This document shows, piece by piece, positions 1 through 7,047 of a DNA stretch of 24,000 bases. This DNA is from Betaproteobacteria bacterium. GTDB taxonomy: Bacteria > Pseudomonadota > Gammaproteobacteria > Burkholderiales > Casimicrobiaceae. Below the pieces are notes generated by a model. It was given only the letters and a program-made list of their open reading frames with translations. It was not told the origin of the DNA and did not search any database. Location: NCBI GenBank assembly GCA_004293675.1, contig READ01000015.1:214865-238864 (forward strand), in the 5' to 3' direction. The translations under genes and the position numbers were made by a program. How positions within the stretch are numbered: the stretch's first letter is position 1; each line of letters starts with the position of its first letter.

Positions 1-136
1 ACGCCGGTAGCGGGTTCTCCACCATCCGCGCTGTCGCGATGAACACATAGTCATCGATCACAAAATCAGCACCTGTCGCTGGCCAATACACCCACGCCAG
101 AAGCGCCAACAGCAGCAGCATCGCAAAACGCATCAT
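1..136 (-). CDS. Partial CDS, N-terminus only, continuing past the window start: membrane-anchored protein of unknown function
   Basis: The reverse strand from 136 reads ATGATGCGT... = MMRFAMLLLLALLAWVYWPATGADFVIDDYVFIATARMVENPLPA and stays open to position 1. It has a hydrophobic N-terminal helix. It is too short for the ORF track, and 45 aa is not enough to assign a function. Confidence 0.35.
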   Translation of the reverse strand, partial: MMRFAMLLLLALLAWVYWPATGADFVIDDYVFIATARMVENPLPA

Positions 137-327
137 CTACTTCTAGATCCTTTTAGCCGTTTACGTCATAGCCAATAAAAATAAGGCGTTTAATCGCTTT
201 TTACTAGTTATCAGAAATACTATCAATTAGCATGAAACCTATATTTAACGTGGCATTATGCTGAAAAGTTGTTAAAAAGCCATCTTGGCAGCATCAAACT
301 GATCGCGCCACGTACACTTGTTCAGCC

Positions 328-1602
328 GTGCAGAACAACCCCAACCCGAACGCCTCGACCGATAGCGCTACCGAACCCAACGAGGCTAACACGCTTCCGG
401 CGACCATCAAACCGTCCGCCAACGCCACGCCACCCCGCGGTTTTGTCATGTGGCTCTCGGTCGCTCAGCTCATCAGCTGGGGCACCCTGTTCTACACATT
501 TTCGCTGCTGCTCGAGCATTTCGAGCGTGACCTCAACCTATCGCGAGTCGATGCATCGATCGCCTTCAGCCTTGCGCTCTTAACCGAGGGCGTCCTCGCC
601 TTTTACATCGGCCGAATGATTGACGCCGGACGCGCCCGCGCCGTGATGTGCGCCGGCTCGCTGCTCGCCGCCGTGGGCTTTGTTGCCATGGCCTTTGTGC
701 AAGCGCAGTGGCAGCTCTATGCGACTTGGTTGCTCCTCGGGGTCGCCATGGCGGGCACGCTCTATCAGCCCGCCTTTTCGATCTTGATTCGTCGCTATCC
801 CACCGACTTTCGTAGGGCGATTATCACGCTCACCTTTCTCGGTGGGCTGGCGAGCACCGTCTTTATTCCGCTGATGGCGTGGCTAATTTCAGCCTTCACT
901 TGGCGCGGCGCAGTGATTGCACTCGCGGTATTGCACGTAGCGATTTGTTTGCCGATTCATGCGTATTGGTTGCGCGGCGAACCCGTCGCCAGCGCTCACG
1001 AACAGGCCGCGAAACAGTCGCTCAGCAGCTTCACAACACGCTTCCCGTTTTGGGGGCTCGCAGTTTTCTTCGTGTTGTTTTCGGGCATCACCACCAGTAT
1101 CGGCGCGCACCTTGTCTCGATCCTTCGCGAGCGCGACCTTCCCGCCACCTGGGTGATCGTGATTCCCGCTTCGATTGGCGTGCTGCAGGTCGCCGGGCGA
1201 CTGGTGCTCTTCTTCACCGAAAAACATATCGATGTGCACAAAGCCAATCGCTGGATTCCGGTGCTATTGCCAGCAGCCCTCTTCGTGCTCGCGCTCGGCC
1301 TAAAGTCACCGTGGGTAGCGATTTTCTATGCCCTGCTCTACGGCATGGCCAACGGCATGATCACCATTGTCAAAGCCACGGCGATGGCGCAATACGTCTC
1401 GCGTGAACGCGCCGCATCACTCAACGGGTTGCTCGGATTTCCCACGGCCGTTGCGCGAGCGGCCGCACCGTCGCTACTCGCCGCGCTGTGGACAATCAGC
1501 GGAAACTACGTGCTCGGGCTGTCAGTCATGGCCGCCAGCGGCGCGCTCGCGGTGGTTGCGTTTTGGGTGGCGCAGCGGCGAGCGTTGCGACTTCACCAGT
1601 AG
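328..1602 (+). CDS. MFS-type transporter
   Basis: 424-aa ORF with about 12 hydrophobic segments. The loop motif FYIGRMIDAGRAR resembles MFS signature motif A (G-x-x-x-D-R/K-x-G-R-R/K). The start is uncertain: GTG at 328 gives a low-complexity 40-aa leader, and ATG at 448 (MWLSVAQLISWG...) is an alternative. Confidence 0.8.
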   Translation: MQNNPNPNASTDSATEPNEANTLPATIKPSANATPPRGFVMWLSVAQLISWGTLFYTFSLLLEHFERDLNLSRVDASIAFSLALLTEGVLAFYIGRMIDAGRARAVMCAGSLLAAVGFVAMAFVQAQWQLYATWLLLGVAMAGTLYQPAFSILIRRYPTDFRRAIITLTFLGGLASTVFIPLMAWLISAFTWRGAVIALAVLHVAICLPIHAYWLRGEPVASAHEQAAKQSLSSFTTRFPFWGLAVFFVLFSGITTSIGAHLVSILRERDLPATWVIVIPASIGVLQVAGRLVLFFTEKHIDVHKANRWIPVLLPAALFVLALGLKSPWVAIFYALLYGMANGMITIVKATAMAQYVSRERAASLNGLLGFPTAVARAAAPSLLAALWTISGNYVLGLSVMAASGALAVVAFWVAQRRALRLHQ

Positions 1603-1655
1603 GAGCGGCTTGCCGCGAATGATTGTCCGAGGAACCATTCGCGGCAAGCCGCTCC
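1602..1655. repeat. Perfect 20-bp-stem palindrome (repeat family C, REP-like) between convergent genes; a possible bidirectional transcript-end hairpin
   Basis: ggagcggcttgccgcgaatg (1602-1621), a 14-nt loop, then cattcgcggcaagccgctcc (1636-1655), an exact reverse complement. It starts on the last base of the MFS stop codon and ends 11 nt before the tex stop. No flanking T-run on either strand. Confidence 0.85.
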
Positions 1656-1666
1656 TACAGTTGGGT

Positions 1667-4132
1667 CTACTTCTTAAACCCCGCCAACCCCGCAAACGCA
1701 TTAGCCATCGCCCCTTGCGGCTTCGCCTGCTCTGGCGCACGCGGCGTGAAATTCCGAGGCGCTTGTCCGCCGCGCGGTTGGTTGCGATCATTGGGGTCGC
1801 GCTTCACAACCTCGGCATCCATGCGCATGGTGAGCGCGATGCGTTTGCGAATGACATCGACCTCGACCACCTTCACTTTCACGATTTGGCCGGCTTTCAC
1901 GACCTCTTTCGGGTCTTTCACGAACTTGTTGGCCAGCTGCGATACGTGCACCAATCCATCTTGATGCGCGCCGACATCGACGAACGCACCGAACGCCGCA
2001 ACGTTGGTCACCGTGCCTTCTAAGATCATGCCCTCTACCAGGTCCTTGATGTCGTTCACGCCATCATTGAACTTCGCGACCTTAAACTCTGGCCGTGGAT
2101 CGCGGCCTGGCTTTTCAAGCTCCGAGATCACGTCTTTCACCGTGATTTCACCAAAACCCTCAGCAACGAACGCAGCGCTCGAAACGGTTTTCAACGCTGC
2201 AGGGTTGCCCAGCAACTCGGGAAGTGTTTTCTTCGCACGTTCAAGAATTTTCTCCACCAGAGCGTAGCTCTCCGGATGCACCGAGCTCGCATCGAGCGGA
2301 TTTTCACCCCCACGAATGCGCAAGAAACCCGCGCATTGCTCAAACGTTTTCGGACCGATACCGGATACTTTCTTAATCGCATCACGGCTCGTAAATGCGC
2401 CCTGCGCTTCGCGGTGCGTGACGATACTTTTCGCGTTATTCGCCGACAAGCCGGCGACGCGTGTCAATAGCGGCGCGCTCGCCAAATTCACATCCACCCC
2501 GACTGAGTTAACACAGTCTTCAACAATGGCATCGAGCTTCTTAGCAAGCAACGATTGGTTCACATCATGCTGATACTGCCCCACGCCAATCGACTTCGGA
2601 TCGATCTTTACGAGCTCCGCCAGCGGGTCTTGCAAGCGCCGCGCGATGCTCACCGCGCCACGAATACTTACGTCTAAATCGGGCAATTCTTGCGATGCGT
2701 ATTCACTCGCCGAATACACCGATGCACCAGCCTCTGACACAATCACCTTGACCATATCCGTTCGTGGTGAGCCCGTCGAACCATGAACCAGCTTAATCAA
2801 ATCCGCCGCCAACTGATCAGTTTCGCGGCTCGCCGTGCCGTTGCCAATCGCAATCAATTGCACGCCATGTTTCTCAGCCAGCTTTCGCAGCGTATTGAGC
2901 GATCCATCCCAATCCTTCCGAGGTTCGTGCGGGTACACCGTTGTGAAGTCAACAACCTTGCCGGTTGCATCGACGACCGCCACCTTCACGCCGGTGCGAA
3001 TGCCAGGATCGAGCCCCATGGTGACCTTGTTGCCGGCGGGCGCAGCGAGCATCAGATCTCGCACGTTGTCGCCAAACACCTTGATCGCGACCTCTTCCGC
3101 GCTCTCACGCAGCTTCGCGAACAGATCCCGCTCAAGTGACGGCGCGAGCTTCACTTTCCACGTCCAACCCACCACGCGCTTGAGCCAATCATCTGCTGCG
3201 CGACCTTGATGTGACCATTTCACTTGAAGCGCGACCGCGCTCTCAGCGGGCGTGAACACGCTACCCGGTGTCTGCCCCCTCCCCTTCAAGGGGAGGGCTG
3301 GGGTGGGGATGGTTTTCTCATCGATCACACCGACAACCATCCCCCTCCCGACCTCCCCCTTGAAGGGGGAGGAGATGACTTCCGGCTCTGGCTGCGCCAA
3401 CTTCACCGTCAAAATCTCAGCCAGCCAACCGCGAAACACCGCGAGCGCGCGATGCGACGGCACCCGACCAATCGGCTCGGAATAATCGAAGTAATCGAGA
3501 AACTTCTCGCCCTCTTTGTCTTTGCCTTCGACCAGTTTGCTTTCAAACAGCCCGTTCGTCCATAGCCACTCGCGCAACCTGCCCACGAGCGTCGCGTCCT
3601 CGGCCCACGACTCACTCAAGATGTCACGCGCGCCATCCAAACACGCCTGCGCATCGGTAAAGATGGGCGCGGCACCCTCGGCGGGCGGTGCCGTCAAAAC
3701 ATACTTCGCGGCTTCAACGAGCGGCGTTAAGGTCGGATCAGCGTAGAGCGCATCAGCCAGGGGCTGCAAACCCGCCTCACGGGCGATTTGCGCCTTGGTG
3801 CGGCGCTTTTGTTTGTACGGCGCGTAAATATCCTCCAGCTCTTGCTTAGACACGGCACGATCAATAGCCACAGCCAAATCATCGGTCCACTTGTTTTGCT
3901 CTTTGATCGACGAAATCACCGCTTCGCGACGATCATCCAATTCGCGCAAATATTCCACCCGCTCGGCCAAGTAGCGCAATTGCACATCATCGAGATTCTG
4001 CGTCACCTCTTTACGATAACGAGCGATAAACGGCACCGTTGCGCCACCGTCCAACAAATCAACCGCTGCTTGCGCTTGCGGAACCGTAATCGCGACATCG
4101 CGCGCTAACCGAACAATCAGTGACTCAGGCAT
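1667..4132 (-). CDS. tex: Tex transcription accessory protein (S1 RNA-binding domain protein), carrying two repeat-derived in-frame insertions
   Basis: 821-aa ORF. The N-terminus has VPFIARYRKEVT. The YqgF-like segment is GLDPGIRTGVKVAVVDATGK, followed by SEAGASVYSAS, helix-hairpin-helix segments, and a C-terminal S1 domain (GMILEGTVTNVAAFGAFVDVGAHQDGLVHVSQL). As I recall, Tex proteins are about 770-790 aa, so this one is longer than usual. Confidence 0.93.
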   Translation of the reverse strand: MPESLIVRLARDVAITVPQAQAAVDLLDGGATVPFIARYRKEVTQNLDDVQLRYLAERVEYLRELDDRREAVISSIKEQNKWTDDLAVAIDRAVSKQELEDIYAPYKQKRRTKAQIAREAGLQPLADALYADPTLTPLVEAAKYVLTAPPAEGAAPIFTDAQACLDGARDILSESWAEDATLVGRLREWLWTNGLFESKLVEGKDKEGEKFLDYFDYSEPIGRVPSHRALAVFRGWLAEILTVKLAQPEPEVISSPFKGEVGRGMVVGVIDEKTIPTPALPLKGRGQTPGSVFTPAESAVALQVKWSHQGRAADDWLKRVVGWTWKVKLAPSLERDLFAKLRESAEEVAIKVFGDNVRDLMLAAPAGNKVTMGLDPGIRTGVKVAVVDATGKVVDFTTVYPHEPRKDWDGSLNTLRKLAEKHGVQLIAIGNGTASRETDQLAADLIKLVHGSTGSPRTDMVKVIVSEAGASVYSASEYASQELPDLDVSIRGAVSIARRLQDPLAELVKIDPKSIGVGQYQHDVNQSLLAKKLDAIVEDCVNSVGVDVNLASAPLLTRVAGLSANNAKSIVTHREAQGAFTSRDAIKKVSGIGPKTFEQCAGFLRIRGGENPLDASSVHPESYALVEKILERAKKTLPELLGNPAALKTVSSAAFVAEGFGEITVKDVISELEKPGRDPRPEFKVAKFNDGVNDIKDLVEGMILEGTVTNVAAFGAFVDVGAHQDGLVHVSQLANKFVKDPKEVVKAGQIVKVKVVEVDVIRKRIALTMRMDAEVVKRDPNDRNQPRGGQAPRNFTPRAPEQAKPQGAMANAFAGLAGFKK
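2757..2789. repeat. Single family-B repeat unit embedded in-frame in tex
   Basis: tccgttcgtggtgagcccgtcgaaccatgaacc matches the units of the 4642-4796 array almost base for base. It is 33 nt and encodes VHGSTGSPRTD in the Tex frame. Confidence 0.85.
3274..3373. repeat. Inverted pair of family-A G-rich hairpin units (MITE-like, about 100 bp) embedded in-frame in tex
   Basis: The left arm is gccccctccccttcaaggggagggctggggtggggatgg (3274-3312). The right arm (3338-3373) reverse-complements to ctcctcccccttcaagggggaggtcgggagggggatgg. A 25-bp spacer separates them. Each arm holds a local hairpin, CCCC(T)CCCCttcaaGGGG(A)GGG. The segment encodes ...SSPFKGEVGRGMVVGVIDEKTIPTPALPLKGRG... in Tex. Confidence 0.88.
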
Positions 4133-4213
4133 CGAAAAACTTATACCGAAAAATGGAGAGAGCGGGCGAATGTACCAGTCTTAGAATGGCTTATTCGTCT
4201 CAGAAAATGTGCT

Positions 4214-4633
4214 ATGACAATTCAACCGTTTCACCTTGCCTTTCCCACCCACGATCTAGATGCATCGCGCCGCTTCTATCTTGACCTGCTCGGATGCAAA
4301 GAAGGTCGCTCTAGCCCGCATTGGGTTGACTTCGATTTCTACGGGCATCAGATCGTCGCGCACCTTGCCCCTAACGAATGCACGATGGCAAAGACGAGCG
4401 AAGTCGACGGCGACAATGTGCCCTGCCGCCACTTCGGCGTCGTACTCACGATGAAGCAGTGGCACGAGCTCGCCGACAAACTCAAAGCCGCAAACACCGA
4501 ATTCATCATCGAACCGCACATTCGCTTTAAGGGCGAACCGGGCGAACAAGCCACCATGTTCTTCCTCGATCCCTCGGGAAACGCGGTTGAATTTAAGGCG
4601 TTTGAAAACATGGATTCGCTGTTCGCGACGTAG
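4214..4633 (+). CDS. VOC-fold protein (glyoxalase / bleomycin-resistance / extradiol-dioxygenase superfamily)
   Basis: 139-aa ORF. The N-terminus FHLAFPTHDLDASRRFYLDLLGCKEGRSSPHWVDFDFYGHQIVAHL is typical of the small predicted-dioxygenase VOC family. The substrate is unknown. Confidence 0.75.
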   Translation: MTIQPFHLAFPTHDLDASRRFYLDLLGCKEGRSSPHWVDFDFYGHQIVAHLAPNECTMAKTSEVDGDNVPCRHFGVVLTMKQWHELADKLKAANTEFIIEPHIRFKGEPGEQATMFFLDPSGNAVEFKAFENMDSLFAT

Positions 4634-4641
4634 AGCATCCA

Positions 4642-4796
4642 CCCGTTCGTAGTGAGCCTGTCGAACCATGAGCCGCGCAACAATCCGTTCTTGGTGAGCC
4701 CGTCGAACCATGAACCCCACAACGCCCCGTTCGTGGTGAGCTTGTCGAACCATGAAGCACCAAACCCGTTCGTGGTGAGCCTGTCGAACCATGAAC
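4642..4796. repeat. Tandem array of four family-B 32-nt hairpin units (periods 42, 42 and 39 bp)
   Basis: The units start at 4642, 4684, 4726 and 4765, with consensus cccgttcgtggtgagcctgtcgaaccatgaac. The spacers are 10, 10 and 7 nt and are C/A-rich (cgcgcaacaa, cccacaacgc, caccaaa). Each unit can fold as GTTCGTGG...CCATGAAC or as GTTCG...CGAAC. The array fills the gap between the VOC stop (4633) and the GGAG Shine-Dalgarno at 4801. Confidence 0.92.
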
Positions 4797-4813
4797 CGCT
4801 GGAGCAATAAACC

Positions 4814-5767
4814 GTGCTGACCTTTTCTGAAATCACCGCCGCCGCCGAACGCCTGCGTGGCGTCGCCCATCGCACACCCATCCTGACCAGCCGCGCCGTC
4901 AATGCGATGTTCGGCTGCGAAGTATTGATGAAAGCCGAAAACTTGCAACGCATGGGCGCATTCAAGTTTCGTGGCGGCTACAACGCGATAGCCGCGCTTT
5001 CTGCCGCTCAGCGCGCCGCGGGTGTCGTCGCATTCTCATCCGGGAATCACGCGCAAGCGGTGGCGCTGTCGGCACAGCTCTTGGGCTGCAAAGCGGTGAT
5101 CGTGATGCCGCAAGACGCGCCGAAGCTCAAGATCGACGCCACCAAAGGCTACGGTGCCGAAGTGGTGCTCTACGATCGATACACCCAAGATCGCGCAGCC
5201 ATCGCACAGCAAATCCAAACGGAGCGTGGTGGCACCCTGATCCCACCCTACGATTACTTACCTGTAATGGCGGGGCAAGGCACCTGCGGGCTTGAAATTG
5301 CGCTCGACGCGGGCCGTGTTGATTCCGTCATCATCTGCACCAGCGGCGGCGGCTTGCTCTCGGGGTGCGCCATCGCAATCAAGCAATTACTGCCGCAATG
5401 TGAAATTTTTGGCGCCGAACCCGAAGCGGGCAACGACATGCAGCAATCGCTGCGCATCGGCGAAATACAAACTATCGCGGTGCCCGATACGATTTGCGAT
5501 GGCCTGCAAACTCAAGCTGTGGGCTTCGAGCCATTCAAGGTGATCAAGCAACACGTCAAAGACATTTTGACGGCAAAAGACGAAACAGTCATCGCGATGA
5601 TGCGGCTCGTCTTTGAGCGTATGAAGATGGTCGTTGAACCGTCTGGCGCAGCAGCGCTGGCGGCACTTTACGAGAACCGCGAACGATTCCAAGGGCAGCG
5701 CGTAGCAATAACGTTCTCCGGTGGGAACATTGATTTCGCTCGCTTCGCCAAATTGTTGAATTCTTGA
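4814..5767 (+). CDS. PLP-dependent serine/threonine dehydratase family enzyme, short form without a regulatory domain (threo-3-hydroxyaspartate or serine dehydratase/racemase-like)
   Basis: 317-aa ORF. The PLP-lysine motif is KAENLQRMGAFKFRGG and the glycine loop is TSGGGLLSG. The N-terminus ITAAAERLRGVAHRTPILTS is typical of the family. GTG start with GGAG 9 nt upstream. Confidence 0.85.
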   Translation: MLTFSEITAAAERLRGVAHRTPILTSRAVNAMFGCEVLMKAENLQRMGAFKFRGGYNAIAALSAAQRAAGVVAFSSGNHAQAVALSAQLLGCKAVIVMPQDAPKLKIDATKGYGAEVVLYDRYTQDRAAIAQQIQTERGGTLIPPYDYLPVMAGQGTCGLEIALDAGRVDSVIICTSGGGLLSGCAIAIKQLLPQCEIFGAEPEAGNDMQQSLRIGEIQTIAVPDTICDGLQTQAVGFEPFKVIKQHVKDILTAKDETVIAMMRLVFERMKMVVEPSGAAALAALYENRERFQGQRVAITFSGGNIDFARFAKLLNS

Positions 5768-5880
5768 ATTTCCCCTGCGTAGGCGGTGGATTTCCCATAT
5801 GAACCCCGCTAACATCGTTGGAACGGCGCACGAGGTCAATCCCTAAAAAATCCTCCACTGCGCACCGAAATTCGACGCCC

Positions 5881-6960
5881 ATGCAAGCCACCTCTGTTTA
5901 CGATGAAGGTTATGACGCACTCGACTTGGCCACCAATGTCGCAGCGGAATACGTTCGCAAATTCCAGACGGGCGACCTCTCCAAACTCATTAGCCCGAAC
6001 GCCCCTGAGTCGGCGCAGGTCGCACGCACGCTAATGACGGTCGACACCGCTTGCGAGTTGCCACAAGCATGGCTTGATGCCAACAGCATCGGCGTGATAC
6101 CGCGAATCATCAAGCTTCGCTCAGGTGATGTACTAGAAACCCGCGACAACGATAGCACGCTGAAATTCATCGAAGAAATTAAAGCCGGCGGGCACGCCGA
6201 TGCGCTAAGCGCCCCGCTTTCACCGTTGGAGATGCGCGACCAACTGCAAAAGCTCATGAGCTCTGGTACCGACGCCGTCCTGCAAGTCAGCAGCGCCGCG
6301 AGCCGGAGCAAGTTTTTTGTCAATGCACTCTCAGCGACCCAGTCGCTCGTACTCATTCACAATAAAGTTCGCCGCTCGATGGGCAACAAAACGCCGCTCA
6401 CCGCGTGGGTCGTCGATTCGCTCAACGCCTTTGGTGGTGTGGGCGTGCAGTTAGCGCATGCGGTTTCGCTTCGCGAAAGCGGTGCGACCAGCGCACAGAT
6501 CGCGGTGGCGCTCAACGCCTTTCGCCGCAACGTACACACGCTGATCGTGCCGCACGATTTAAGTTTCATCGAGCGCACTGCCCGCTCGGTCGAGCGCGTA
6601 AAAGTGCCGCGCTGGAAAATCTATCTGGCTGGAATATTGGGTATCCGACCCATTTTTCACCTTAACGCCGATACCGCTCGTACAATGGGTCGCGCCAGTA
6701 ACTACGCGCTGGCAATCGACCAAGTGTTTCGAGCCACCGAAAGTCAAATTAAGCTCGGGCTAGCCTCACCATTTATCTGCGTTAGCTACGCGGGCCGGCT
6801 CGAAGACATTGAAAGCTCTGCGGAATTCGTCGCGTTACGAGCGCTGTGCCATCGAAATAGCATTGCGCTGTCGCTCTCGGTGATGAGCATGACCGGTGTT
6901 TTGATGCTCGGTCCACGTGCGCTGTCGGTGAGCTTTGCCAGTCAGCACTTAAAGACTTAG
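5881..6960 (+). CDS. Divergent DegV-family (EDD-fold, fatty-acid-binding-like) protein with an N-terminal extension
   Basis: The layout resembles DegV. MTVDTACELPQAWLDANSIGVIPRII corresponds to (I)VTDSTxDLP...VPL. APLSPLEMRD corresponds to TSQPSPxEF. Other matching segments are VVDSLNAFGGVGVQLAHAVSLRESGATSAQIA, a D-L-x-F/Y-I/L segment, and LAGILGIRPIF. The start is uncertain: TTG at 5818, ATG at 5881 or ATG at 6043. Confidence 0.55.
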   Translation: MQATSVYDEGYDALDLATNVAAEYVRKFQTGDLSKLISPNAPESAQVARTLMTVDTACELPQAWLDANSIGVIPRIIKLRSGDVLETRDNDSTLKFIEEIKAGGHADALSAPLSPLEMRDQLQKLMSSGTDAVLQVSSAASRSKFFVNALSATQSLVLIHNKVRRSMGNKTPLTAWVVDSLNAFGGVGVQLAHAVSLRESGATSAQIAVALNAFRRNVHTLIVPHDLSFIERTARSVERVKVPRWKIYLAGILGIRPIFHLNADTARTMGRASNYALAIDQVFRATESQIKLGLASPFICVSYAGRLEDIESSAEFVALRALCHRNSIALSLSVMSMTGVLMLGPRALSVSFASQHLKT

Positions 6961-7047
6961 TCACGGACAGCGGTGACGAGTTGGTCGCGACCCGTGGTTT
7001 GATTGTCTGATGCTGCGCGCCACGAAATGATCGATTAGCATCCGAGC

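Noticed and set aside
175-249. Possible degenerate fourth copy of the family-D element in the AT-rich spacer upstream of the MFS gene
   Set aside because: The left end gccaATAAAAATAAGGcg matches about 11/14. A cctatatttaac lies about 74 bp away. That right terminus is only about 7/11 similar and the interior does not align convincingly. In AT-rich DNA this is too weak to call.
1367-2023. 218-aa plus-strand ORF running from the end of the MFS gene across the palindrome into tex
   Set aside because: It overlaps two well-supported genes in the wrong frame or strand and has an Arg-rich low-complexity product.
4642-4796. Possible mini-CRISPR array: 32-nt direct repeats at regular spacing
   Set aside because: The spacers are only 7-10 nt and resemble one another. 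There are only four units, and no cas genes or leader. The same unit also occurs alone inside tex. This is REP-like tandem repeat behaviour, not CRISPR.
4256-4965. Two long minus-strand ORFs (230 aa and 205 aa) with reiterated FMVRQAHHER / SWFDRLTTNG peptides
   Set aside because: They are read through the tandem repeat array and lie antisense to the well-supported VOC and dehydratase genes. The periodic peptide is a translation artefact of the DNA repeat.
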